A stretch of DNA of 64,000 nt from Anthoceros angustus (taxonomy: Eukaryota; Plantae; Anthocerotophyta), in contig MU008203.1 of assembly GCA_010909165.1 (NCBI GenBank), forward strand, positions 378,765-442,764, written 5' to 3'. Shown in pieces: positions 12,234-24,775 of the stretch. Each line of letters starts with the position of its first letter. Position 1 is the stretch's first letter. The translations under genes and the position numbers were made by a program. The notes under the pieces are model-generated. The model was not told the origin of the DNA and searched no databases. It was given only the letters and a program-made list of their open reading frames with translations.

Positions 12234-14000
12234 CGTGGCGCCGACTTTTGTCACGGCCACCGCGCCGCATAATCCTGTCGCCAGGAAGGAGTCCGCTCTC
12301 AAGGGAATGGTCTCGCGGTTATTCTCGGCATTTACAAAATTTACTTTAACGGACTTCATCAAAGGTCCGCCAAGGGCTCCACAACCCTAAGTGTGTGCCC
12401 TCCACAACTCGTCGACCAAAGCGCAGCCCACCGGACTTCCCACAAACCCCCGGATTTCCAAGACTACCGAAAGTTTAACGACGCTGCCTCCTCTCACGCC
12501 CACGACTTAGCGCCCCCTCCTCAACTCACCGTCCGCCACAACTCCACCTCAACACACACAACAAGAATACCCACCCTTCTTCCTTATCCATTCCTGTGCC
12601 TAGTAGTCATAAACACCAACACGCCTGTGTATCTACATACCAGTCATTTTGTTCTTCCCGGGTCAGCTTCACGCTCATGGAGAAGTGGGCTCTCAGCGAA
12701 ATCGTGATCCCCACACCCTCCGGCTCCAAAGCAGCCTCTCAAGGACATGGCTTCCGCCCAAAGAAATCACCCCTAAGCGCCCCAATCTCTCTCTCGGGCC
12801 GGCCTATGCACGCTCAAGGAGAAGTGGCTTGGCAGCCTGTGATCCCCATGTTTCCTCTGGCTCCAAGAAATTTCTCCAAGGATGGCTTCCGCCTCAGCAG
12901 GTCGCCCCTCAAGCGCCTCCTAATCCTCCTACGGCCTAATGCTCATGAGAAGTGGCTTGTACCGTGATCCCTCACAAATTGCTCAGCAGCCCAAGGAAAT
13001 GGCTTCATGATGCCTCCGCCCACAGTCACCTCCTAAGCGCCTTGAGTCCTCTCCGGTCAGTTTGCATGCTCATGGAGAAGTGGGCTGGGCACTGCATCCC
13101 CATACCTCCAGCTCCAAAGAAATTTCTCCAAGGATGGCTTCCGCCCAAAGAAAGTCACCCCTAAGCGCCTTGCATCTAATCCTACCGCTTCCACTGCTCC
13201 GCTGGAGGCTGGGCTCACTGTGATCCCCATGTACCCGGCTCCAAAGCCTTTCCATAGTCCTGCACCGAGAAATCACCTCATGAGCACCTCCCGAAAGCCC
13301 AGTCCGATCCTTGGGCCCCAGCACCTACCATGTTGGCTGGAGCTCGCTACCGGCAGCTCTAAATACATCCTCTACCACTCAATTAACTCGCACTTCTGAC
13401 GCAGGAACTCACCTCGCCTCCTGAAAGCACTCAAGGCAAGAGCGCATGAGTTTGATGGTACCTCGGAGGTCTCCCCTCTTGCACGCCCGGCCTCCCTTTT
13501 ACATATCCCCAACACCCTAATCTACCCAATTCCATGTGTATGTACTTAACCCCCGGATCATGGTAACTGGCCGGCCGACCGACTGACCGAATCACTACCG
13601 GCCGGACTTACCCGGCCGAACGCCGCCTCTACCGACCGGACTTTCCCGCTTAACCGGGCCGCCGATCGTTCAATTCACGAACACCGCCGGGCCGACGCAC
13701 TACCTGCTTCGACCGACTCGACCCATCTCAATTCACGGACTGACCCGACTCACCCGGCCGACCCTCGATCGAACACTCACTCACGGACCTCGACCGGACC
13801 ATCTGGCCGGACTGGATCGGACCACTCCGCTCTGGGATTCGACTCGGGATTGATTCACGTGACCGCTTCCTGACCAATTTAATTCAATTCCGACCTGACC
13901 TGTTCGCGCCCCAACGGACTCCATGGGGTTAGGATTGCACTCTAAGTGCTAATCCGCCAAACGCCTACCGGGCTAACTCCCTCCCCATCCCCACAGAACG
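12234..14000 (-). mobile_element. 3' portion of a giant LTR-like unit (variant) inserted into copia gag
   Basis: The terminus (c)gtggcgccgacttttgtcacggcc...cataatcctgtcgccaggaaggagtccgct matches the termini at 24776, 35617, 49677 and ~62280. Confidence 0.65.
12673..13330. repeat. Degenerate ~130-140 bp tandem repeat, ~5 copies
   Basis: gctcatggagaagtgg...gtgatcccc...ggctccaa...caaggatggcttccgcc...cctaagcgcc recurs at ~12673, 12812, 12941, 13068 and 13201. Confidence 0.8.
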
Positions 14001-15080
14001 GTAATCTAAAATAAAACAACGCTAAAACCAAATGCTGTGGAGTGCGTGGACACTCTGGCTGGCACTCCACACCTTCCCAAATGTGCAGAGTGGTAATCTA
14101 CATCGCACGGTGGACCTCTAAATTCCCTAATTCAGTAGTGCAACGGCAATCAATTGTTCTCAACTCGATCCCATTTTTCTATTTCTCTGTGAGTCACGGG
14201 GTCAGATTAAGCGTGTGCTGGACCGGGCTTGTGGAGAGTCCTACTCCAAGTACTCACCTTCCACACCCCTCCGCCACTGTAGTTGATTTCATGGACTTTC
14301 CAAATGTACTGGTCCTGCTGAATCGGTCCTTCCTTCAGTGTCCGAGGTAAACGTGAATAATTAAGAGGTTGATGCTCAACCGGATTGCTTCCGACATGGT
14401 TACTACATAAATTCGGACATGACACTGCCCATTAATGGTATTAAATTTGCAGCTCTGCTCTCGAATCATGAAGGAGGCTACCAATTGCTGTGAGATGAAA
14501 AAGCATTCATCACATGCCCGCTCATGGTTATGCCACTCAGTTAGTTAGCTAGCCGGCCAGTGTTTCGCCTCAAAGTAATTAGTTCTTCTTCTCGATGTAT
14601 GTATATGCCCGACAAGCATCGGGATCTAGTTGCAGGCATGCATCCAAGGCAAAGCGAATTCAAAGGATACGGGCGACAAGATACATGATGTATCCAAATC
14701 CGCCTGCCCCCGCCTCACGGCCTCGCTCCTCAAAGACATGTGAAGACGCCACCTAAACAAGTGGCTTTACAGTAATGAGTTTTGAAGCAATAGGCAAAAC
14801 CCTAACCTACTGCTTTTTTAAAACGAATGCGTTGCTCGATTGGGGTAGCAGCCAAGAAATGTCGAGGGTGGCAAAGGCGCCTTGCAGGTGGGCCAAGGTG
14901 GTGATGGATCGCCTCGCGCCTCGCACTCGGTCAATATCGCTTTCTATATCCCCTCGCAGGCCAAGCCAAGAATTTCTGGCACCTCAGCAGAAGCTTCACC
15001 AAGGAACCTGGATTTCTTTTGATGCTTTAGGGCCCGCTCGACAAAATGTCCTCTTCAAATTTCATGTGAGATGGTTCAAG

Positions 15081-18000
15081 GTGGAATGCAAAAGCTTGGG
15101 CAACCAGCCTAAAAAGAGCTTAGAGGGAAGAACGGTCAAGTTTGATTTTTTGGCTAAGAACCATCAATACTGGCGTCATGCTGGAATTTTTCCTCGAACT
15201 TTTGAGCCGTGGGAGTTGCCGAAGATATTGGTAGGAAAGCTGCGTGAGGGGATATCCTCGGGAAAAGAAATGGGTTAAAACGACCCCTGTGCTAGTAGAC
15301 AGAAGGCAACCGAAAGGTCGGTAGGGCTCAAGTGACTACATCGTCAGAGGTTGCTGCCACACCACGCCAGAGGGTTTCAGAGGAACTAATCATGTAAGTC
15401 AAGTGTATCATCAGCGGTGTAGGCTGACTCGAAATTCCCCGCAGGAAGAAAGGAATATCCAATTATAATAAATAGATATTCCATCATATATGTCACCAAT
15501 AGGGAATAAATAGGATTAATTAGAAGGTGACTAATTAGGGAAGATAGGGCAAAATAGGTAATTTAGGAAGTGCTTAGGTATTTAGAATGTTGAACCAAAT
15601 CTAGTTGGGAACTCTCCTGTGCAATCCACGAGGGCAAAGCTTTGGGCTTCTCTCCGAACGGGGCGCCCTCACTTCGCGAAGAGCCGACCGGAGCCGGGAG
15701 CGTAAAGAGGAAAAGGGAGAAGAAGGTTGGGTTCATCACTAACGCCATCGCTTACCGCCGCTGAGCCAAGAGGAAGGAGATTGCGCTACCAAATCAAGAA
15801 GGAGGAAGAACCCTACCTACGAAATGAGCAAAGAGGAGAAAGGAGAGGACGAACTGTGGCACCTTCAAGGCGCCAGGCGCCAAAGGAGTGAGAGCTCTCC
15901 AACGCCAGCATCAAGGTAGTTGAAGTGGAGGCACGAGGGCTCGACCATCCAAGCCTCGCAAAGTGTTGAGGGCGCCAGGAAGAGCTCCGCGACTATTTAC
16001 TAGCGGCGCCTTACCCGAAGGAGAAATCGCGAGGAAAAATTGGCAGTAGCGCCGCCAGGGACTAACGCTGTACCTTGTGCCTGTGGGTCGCCGCTGACAG
16101 AGGGAGAAGGCTTGGAGTGAAGCCCGAGATGTGACCTGAATTGGGAGTAATTCTCCTGCACTTTGGAGAGGGAAAGGCACCATGCCTCGAAAGGTGAAAA
16201 GGCAGGAAGGGGAAGGCTACCGCCAAGGGCCTCTCCTCGCGAGGAGGAAGAGGAAGAAGGCAGAGCCGCGCCGCCGTGAGGAGGCTGATGCCCCACCACT
16301 GCTTTATGCAACCTCAACCCCGTGACTTGGTGGATTTTAGGCAAGAAGAGGAGGAGAACATCCACTGGGATGGGTGTATACGCCAATGGCCTACACTAAT
16401 TTGGAATGATTGAGGAGTGTTACATCAATCTCCATCAATCGAGGCAGCCTTGCCGCACGAGGAATGCTCGGACCGACCGCCTGGACCGTAAGCATTCGGC
16501 TGTGTATGGAGAGAGGAGGAGAGCTCCGGAATTGCTCTCCTCGAGAGGACAAATGGGAAGAGGCTCCGAAATTCCCAGTGAGCTCGACATGATGGACGGA
16601 GGAGTGAAGGCCCATGCCAAGAATGGCCGGAAGAGGCATCAAGGAGTCAAAGGCTCTTGCCAAGATTGTGGGTTGGTAATTACCAAGGACCTCTATTTCA
16701 AGACCAACTTCCTCCACTTTTGTGGAAGATTTCTGAGGAGCCAAGCCGGATTGGGGCAATGTATGAGGCCTACATCCACCGGGAGAAGCTCCTCAAGCCA
16801 AATTCGTGGATGAGGAAGGGCCAAGGCTATCCTCAGCACCTATTTGGTGCATTTGTGGGAAACGGAAGGGCTCCCAAGCAGTTGGAAGATGCTTGGCATC
16901 CTTCTGAGATAATCCTCCAAAGCTTGAGAAAGGCCTTGCCTTTGCATTGAGGAAGACCATGGGAGGTCACTCCACAAGCATGTGCCCAAGGAAGAGGAGG
17001 TGGAGGCAACAAGGTTGCCGGGAGTGGGAGGCCTTTTCCCCACAAGAGAGCAAGGAGGGAGAGCAAGATCCGCCAGAGGGCCAAGTGGTAGTCTATGAGA
17101 GGAGGACTACACGGGGGTGATGCCCCAAGGTGGGGAGTCCCCACCATTTTGGTGCCTAGAGAGGCAGGCACCCCACCCCGGCAGGCATCACTGTGGTAGG
17201 CAGCCCCACCACTGTAGGGTAGCACTACCGCAGAGGCACACCACTGCGGAGGTGCACCCCACGTGGGGAGAAGCCCACGCAGGTAGGGAAGGGGAAGAGG
17301 AGGAGGGCCAAGGCGCCAGCCGCCATCACCCGCTGGTGGAAGGAGAGCGGATGGAGCGACGTGAGGGCACGCACCGCGATGGCCCCAAGGAGAGGGAGCT
17401 GGAAATTTCCAGCAAGAGGCCAGGGCAATTGGGCCCCTAGAGAGATTGCCGAGTGCTTGTGAAGCACTCACCGTGTGGATTTGAAGGGGCTAGAGCTAGC
17501 AGCCTCCTTGGGGGCAAGGGAGGAAGTCAAGGCCCAAGAGATGACAGAGGGAGGGACCAAATGGCAATTGGAGGCCATGGAGTCCGACGAGAAGGCAGCC
17601 AAGTTGGAGAAGGTGGAGAAGCTCCAACGACCTTGTGGATCGCGCTGAGAAGGTCGGAGGAAGGTTGGCCAAACAGGAGAGAGCTATTCCCAACCCAACG
17701 GGACTTGGAGGCAAAAGGCGAGGAGCATTTTGCCCACCTAGAGAGAGGAAAGAGCAAGGCCGAGGCTCTAGGAAGAGAAAGCGGTCCAGCAATGGACGAG
17801 CAGTGATGGCTACCCAAGCCATCAAACTGGACATGGAGGAAGAAAAGTGAGGACCACAATTTGGAGGAGAAGCGCTGGAGTCGCTCAAGACCAAGAATTG
17901 CAGTGGAGCGGAGAAGAGTGTGGCAAGTGGAGAGGAAGGGCTTGCCAACAAGTGGACTGGAGGAGGAGGTCCGAGGAGGAGCACCACAAGAAGGTCATAA

Positions 18001-20143
18001 TTGGTGGTGAGGAAGAGAAGGTTTTGGGCGATTATGCCCGCGAAAATTGGCCAACCACCGAGAGAAGCAAGGAGGAGAATGTGACCTCCATGTGAAGGTG
18101 GGGAGAATTGACCACCTCAAGGGATGCCTACAAGGGTAGGTGTGAAGATGGAGAGTGGCCCACTGAGATTGATGATCTCCAAATGCAATATCATAGCGGG
18201 CGCCTCACAACAGATATTGAAGGCCAACAACGAGGTACATTGGCCAAGAGGAGGACATTGGGTCCTCATGATGATGACAGGAGCTGCAACAGTGCAGCCG
18301 AGGCCTCCGATTTTGATGAGGCCATGACATGGACTCCGAGGAGTCCGAGAGGAGATGGAGAGGAGAGCCAAAGCGCCAAGGAGGAAGATGGCGCGAGAGC
18401 AAGGAGGGGGCCAGCCCACCTGGGGTCACCACCACGGTAGTCCGCCACTACCGTGGTAGGCGCCCCACGCCCGGTAGTCCGCCACCACCGGTAGGCGTAC
18501 CTCGGGGCCCGAGGGGAGTCCGTGAGGCCCGGCTCAGGATGAAGGAGCTGGGGGTCCGACATACCCCCGGAGAAGGAGACAGGGAGGAGACAACCCACCT
18601 GAAGACAAGGACGGGTCCACCCCGAGGAAGGAGGGTGAGAAATTCCTCACCCCACGATAAGAGGAACCCGGGGAGGAGGACCAATGCAAAAAGGCCCGGA
18701 GGAATTAGTAGACATCACGCCAAATGGGGAAAGATCCTTTGAAGACATGCTCCATGATAGGTATGGACAAACCAAAGCAGGAAAGAGAGGATCTTAACCC
18801 GTGGACCGCGAAGAGAAGGAAAAGGGGAGATAGCGACTACCATGGTAGTCACACCCCCGTAGTCCGCCACACTACCGCGGTAGGGTGATTGAAGAAGCGC
18901 CAGGCTGGAAAAAGGGCGCCAGGCTGAGGGGGGCTGCGGAGGGCAAAGGAATCAAGGCGCACCTCGAAAAGGAAGGGGCAATGGTACTTGCCCCACACAC
19001 TTAGGAAGAAGACAGATCTGGGAGAAGGAGAGCAAAAGAGGGCAAGGAGCCAACCAGACGCCACCACCCCACAAGAAGATGAGGACTAGGTAGGGTCAAA
19101 GACCCTAAATGATGAGAGGAAAAATAGGAAGGATAAGTGATGTAGACTGACATCCTTTAAGGATGATCTTGGGTGAAGTTACTAGAATAGAATTTACCTA
19201 TAATCAGACAGTAGACTTAGATGCCAGGTCTTAAATAGTGACGGTAGGAAACAATAAAATATTGAAAAAGGTGACCTGCAACGTGGTCACCCGAGGGAGG
19301 TTGTATGTGGAAGGCCTCCTATAAGAGGAGGAGGATTTCACAAAGTAAAGTATCGCCTGCGCCCATACTCATCGAGTCCTTTGCCCTTGTAAAGAATTTC
19401 GTGTGAGCCAACGCAGTCATTCTGCAGAGGAAGTCATGGGAGTGTTGGTGGAGGACTTGCTTGCTCACGCAAGTGCGCCTAAACGAGTTGCTCCCTTGTG
19501 AATGGTTGTGAAATTGCTTTGCTTTGGGTGTGGCAATGCCGCCTGTGAACCTCGGCTTGAGGGTAGATCCATGTGAAAGACCTGGAGGTTCTCACCGTGT
19601 GTCAAACTCACAGCAACCGCCCAAGGAAGAACTTGGTGGAGGCCGACCCCTGTGCTGGCAGTGAGCCGAGGCCAAGAAGCCGAACCGAGGTTAGAATAGG
19701 AGGAAGAGGAGGAGAAGATGAGTAGAGGATTAGAGTGTATGTTAGTGGAAGGCCACAGAGCCTAAGGGACGAATCCCAACTGCAAGTAAAAGGCGCCTCG
19801 AGGGAGAAGAGTGGTCTTAGAAGTAGGGACGAAATTGCGGACTGTGGGGTCCCCGGCGCCCGGATAGGCCTCATCGCAGGTGACCGAATTGTGTGTCGTT
19901 GTAGGTCGAGGATTGCGATTTTCTAGCAAGGCAAGTGGTGCGCTGCTGTGAAGAGGGAGAGTAGAGGGCTTGCTTGTTTGAAGGCTGAGAAATTGTGTCA
20001 CTACAGGTAGCGATTGTTTTCCCCGAGACCCGATCCTTCACACAAGTCTCATGGGATGAAACCCAACGATGGAAACGACAAAGGGGGATAAGTGTGGCCG
20101 CTTAGAGGGGGGAAGTCTCTAAGCTCCAGGGTTTTCCCCCACA
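15081..20143 (+). mobile_element. Complete ~5.06 kb giant LTR-like unit (solo-LTR-like) containing a decayed ORF
   Basis: Starts (t)gtggaatgcaaaagcttgggcaaccagc, the same as the defined 5' end at 38663, and ends ggttttcccccACA. TATAAGAGG at 19320 is followed by agtaaagtatc. An ORF remnant runs from ATG ~16182 (MPR..., ...IEECYINLHQ) into a coiled-coil-like region to ~18100. No gag/pol. Confidence 0.7.
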
Positions 20144-23100
20144 AGAAGGTTGGTAATCTTGTCGATATCTCTCTTCAAATGCATGTAGGTAACGGCCAAG
20201 CTTTTGTGCCCTGTGCTCTACCGGGCTTTTTCTCGAGACGTCGGTTTCAAAGATTCGTATCGATAACGTGACTAACAAGGTGATTGTCTCTCAACCCTCA
20301 GTGCTGTCCTTTGGAGAGCATAGAGGATTATTCTCTGCAATGCTGGGTCTATGCACGCTTAGGTGCATCACTTCCATCCAAAATTGGGGGTGATAACTTG
20401 CTAAGTAGATGGTGGTAAAAACGGGTTTTTTTTAATCCGTTTCTCATACGCCTTAAAATATCTCGGTTTTGGGTGTAATTGTGGTCCGTGGGTTTAGTTG
20501 TGGCTTCTGGCGCTTGCTTTTGCTTGTGGAAGTGGGAGCTTTAGATAAAGGTGAGTTATGTTGTGGGTCGGTCCAAAGTAGATGGGGAATGCTACGTGGG
20601 AGAATGGGGAAGTTGATGTGGTGGTGGCTGGGTAGACCCATGGGGTTGGTAGTGATGTGGGAGGCCGGTGGTGCAGCGGTGTGGGAGGCATGCTTTGCGG
20701 CGATGTGGGAGGGCGGCGATGTGGGAGGAGGTAGGAGGATGGCGTGTGGAGGAGGTAGGAGGATGAAGGTGTGGAGGAGGTGGGATGGCGCGGTGTGGGA
20801 GGGCGTGGAGGTGTTGGAAGACGGGCAGGCGGCGGCGGCTGAGGTTGACTACCATGTGAGATGTGACATGTCCCTTGCCCGGACTTTGGCCTGTAGTTGG
20901 ATCTGGATCACGGCGGCCGGGGTGGAGATGGTGGGCTTTGCCTCGCGTTGCCGAGTCGGCCCCTCTCCTTGACCCCTCGTGCTCCTCGTCTCATCTTTTC
21001 CACGCGCAATGATGAGTGGTTCCATGACAGTACAGTTGCAGTGTGTGACAATGGCTGGTGACAGTAGCGACCTGCCGCTCACCCACCTTCCAAAGACACG
21101 TTGGTCAAGAAGTTCCAAAGCCAGCGCCAGTGTTGTTTTCTTTGTTGACACTGACGTCCTCAACTTCCCGCATTGCCGCTGCGCCTAGCTCATCTAAGAA
21201 CCAAAGATTTCTCCCTCAAGCACTTCAACCCTAGTATGAGACCATGGTGACCATTTGGTGTACTACAATAAACAAGATTTGCAGTTGGCGGGATGATGCC
21301 AGCACATGGACTGGACCACCTCGAGGGACTACAAAGAGATAATGGGGCAGTGAGGCCTAGTCTCCTCCCATCAATTTGAACGACCGGTGACGTAGAGCAA
21401 GGAGTGCACGAGGTTTTGGCTTTTGTTGGGAGTGACCGTCCTCACATCCGGATGTGGTGGAAGTGGACTCGTCTTACGATCGGGTTGATTGGACTTTTTT
21501 TTTGCATGCTCACAAGTAAAAGAGCGCCCCGAGTGGAGAAGATCTTAGTAGAAAGGGACGAAATTGTGTGGATCAGGGGTCCCCGGCCGCGTGATAGGCC
21601 TCGCTAAGGCGTGACTGCAAGTGTGTCGCCAGGTCGAGGATTGGTGATTTTCGAGCAAAGGCAAGTGGTGCGCGCTGAAGAGGGAGAGTAGAGGGCGCTT
21701 GCTTGTTTAGAAGGCTGAGAAGTTGTGTCAGCAGTAGCGATTGCACAAGACCCGAACCTCACAAGTCTCATGGGACGAAACCCAACGCATTTAAAGTGGG
21801 ATAAGTGGCCGCTTAGAGGGGAAGCCTCGAAGCCCCGGGTTTTCCTCCCACAAGAAGGTTGGTAATCTTGGTCAGATATCTCTCTTCAAATCAGTGGTAG
21901 GTAACGCCAAGCTTTTGTGCCCTGTGCCTCACCGGGCTTCAACGTCGGTTTCAAAGATTCGATAACGCGACAGTGCTAACAAGGTGATTGTCTTCTAACC
22001 CTCGCCGTGTTCATATAGGATTATTCTCTGCAATCGTCGGGTCTATGCACGCCTAGTGCATCACTTCATCCAAAATCAGTGGATAACTTGCTAAGTAGAT
22101 GGTGGTAAAACGGGTTTTTTTTAATCCTATTTCATACGCCTTAAAATATCTCGGCTTTTGGGGTGTTACTGTGGTCCGGTGGGGTTTAGTTGTACGCGCT
22201 ATTACTTGCTTTTGTGGAAGTGGAGCTTTAGATAAAGGTGAGGTTGTGTGTGGTCGGTCCGAAGTAGATGGGGAATGCACCTGGGAGAATGGGGAAGTTG
22301 ATGGTGGTGTTGGAGACCCATGGGGTTGGTAGTGATGTGGGAGGCGTGGTTTGCGCGGCAATGGTGGGAGGCAGCGTTTTGCGGCATGTGGGAGGTGGGC
22401 TGGCCATGGGAGGGAGGGTGGAGGATGGACAGCGTGCGGAGGAGGTGGGAGGATGAAGGTGTGGGAGTGAGGTGGGATGGCGTCAAAGGTGGGAGGGCGT
22501 GGAGGTGTTGGAAGACGGGCACGGGCGACGGCTTGCTGACTACCATGTGATGGGGTGGACATGTCCCTTGCGGACTTTTGGCCACTGTAGTTGGATCCTC
22601 GATCTCGGCCGGGGTGAGAGATGGTGGGCTTTGCCTCGCGTTGCCGAGTCTTCAGCCCCTCGCTGCTCCTCGGGTTCTCATCTTTTTCCGTCAATGGGGT
22701 GGTTGCCAACAGCCTGCAGTGTGACAATGGCTGGGCCATGCCGCTCACTCCACCTTCCAAAGACACTGTTGAAGTTCCAAAGAACGCGCCAGTGTTGTTT
22801 TCGGTGCTGATGCTGACGCCCTCAACTTCCTCGCCAGCCGCATAGCGCCTAGCTCAAAGAGAACCAAAGATTTCTCCCTCAAGCACTTCAACCCTAGTAT
22901 GAGACCATGGTGACCATTGGTGTACTACCGTAAAACAAGATTTGCAGTGCTCGGTCAGGATGATTTTTCTCGCTTTTGTGGACCACCTCGAGGGACTACA
23001 AAGTGAGATAATGGGGCTGGGAGCCTAGTCTCCTCCCATCAATTTGAACGACCGGTGACGCAGGGCGTTGCACGAGTGTTTTGGCTTTTGTTCGGGAGTG

Positions 23101-23166
23101 ACCGTCGCTGCACATGGTGGAAGTAGCGACTATACGATCGGGTTGATTGGACTTTTTGTGCTCACA
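19782..23166. repeat. Direct tandem duplication of ~1.7 kb (19782-21510 / 21511-23166)
   Basis: Colinear throughout, including the LTR end (ccccaca|agaaggttggtaatcttg at 20143 and ~21851). Differences are dominated by small indels. Confidence 0.9.
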
Positions 23167-24775
23167 ACTTAGAAGTGGATCCCTTGGCCACTCTCCCGCC
23201 TCGATGGACCTGGCATGAGGGCACGTATAAGGTTATCGCTCATTTTATAGAAGGAAACAAACCCGCTTGTAGCACTCGACATATAATCGCCAATTCACAT
23301 CTGGCCTCATGGACACAGGGACATGGTGATGGTAACGTGATGAGCATGACTGGGCCACCGTCCTCGCTTTGGTTTTTTTCTCACTTGTAGAGGAAGGCCA
23401 CCAGAATCGGGCGGAGTGGAGGCTGCTTGGGGAGGATGGCCTGCACGCCTCAGGAGGCGGGAGGAGCCAGAGGCCAATATGGGAAGGTGCCGTTGAGGCT
23501 GGGTCAGGTGTGAAAGCCGGAGTTGAGGTGTGCCGAGTTGGAGGTAAAAGTCGAGTTGACAAAGGTGTTGAGGTGAGTTGAGGTGCCGATTTTGTGGTGT
23601 GCCAATGGTGGAGGTGCGTGAGTCCTGAGGTGTGCCGGAGTGAGTTGTCGGAGTCATGGTCCTCCTGGTGGATCGCTGGAGACAATCATTGGGTGGTGGC
23701 TTGGCTGAGATGGACCCGCCACAGCCCTGGGATGGACCTTTGAGAGAAAGAAGTGACAAATCAAGGGATGTTGGTGGTGGTTGCGGAGAGAAGGGAGGAA
23801 AGATGGAAGGATGTTTTCCGTTATGGTTGTTTTCGCCATGGACGATCCAATCCATCTGCAGGTGCCTCGCGCTAACTCGCTTTTCGCTTTCGCCCGCAGT
23901 TGGCGCAAGTTAACAATATGGTTGACTTTGAAGAGGAGCCCAGTTTGTTGAGGAAAAGGCGCCCAAAAGAAGCCGGAGGTGCGTGAAAGGACCGAATATG
24001 TCAAGTTGCAAGGAAAGCCCGCGAATGTCTGGATCGAAAGAAGAAGATGGCACACCAGAGGCCGGTTTCAACGTTAGGGACATTTCATACACCGATATTC
24101 GAAGATCTTATTGGGGTGACGAGTTCATCGTTAGTGTGTTGGGCCGATAGCTGGAAGAACGAAGGATTCAAGTGGTCTCGAAATATGTTGTTGTAAGGTG
24201 ATTTCAACATGAGTGGGAAAGCATTGATGATTTGTGTTATTGTGTGTACCGGAAGCGGCCCTCTGAGGGGAAGAAGGTCATTCCTCGGAAGATGGCACTT
24301 GGAGTGCTTGTGGAGAAGTTGAAAGGTGTTTCCATTGACTGGTTCACTTATGACAAGACAACAAAGGCACTTCGGGCAAGGGGTGTGGTTCGAAGAGCAG
24401 AAACAGCAAAAAAGAAGATGCGTGAGAGGATGGCCGTGGAGGACAACTGTGAAGTTGAGGTACATATGTTTGTGGATGGCGGCCGCTGTAAGGGACCTTC
24501 CGCGTAGGGAGAGTATTAGCCAGCGGACACGCCTCATGCTCGAGAGTCCAAGGTGCTAGCCCTTCAAGAGAATGTATTCAGCAACAAAGCCCATCCGGGG
24601 ATGTGAAGAGCTTGGAAACAAAGGTGCCATGGTGGAAACTATCATGACCAAAGATCCGTGGAGTCAACTTCTCATGATGAGGTTGCGCATCAAACTACAC
24701 ACGGGATGACAAGCGCTGGTGGTTCTGAGAGCAAGTCTAGGACTTGGGCTCTGGCGTCTAGACGCCATGGCACCT

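Larger units (their letters stand above)
14050..24770 (-). mobile_element. Probable decayed Mutator-like (MULE) transposase region, split by the 15081-20143 insertion and partly duplicated
   Basis: Minus-strand frameshifted coding-like text lies on both sides of the insertion: PLCSPKDSTEG..TLLVTL (MULE first-Asp-like, ~20300), LGRYLHAFEERY, then PRHFL...RFKKAVG...YCFKTHYCKA (CxxH-like) and YFEAKHW...WHNHER. Motif matches are by eye only. Confidence 0.35.

Noticed and set aside
14036-14071. 10-bp inverted repeat tgtggagtgc...gcactccaca as an element end or RNA hairpin
   Set aside because: It is too short, with no partner terminus or TSD identified.
16391-18742. Numerous 60-200 aa ORFs in the track as separate genes (also 32000-34800 and 63000-64000)
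   Set aside because: They are fragments or off-frame readings of the single frameshifted ORF and repeats within the giant LTR units.
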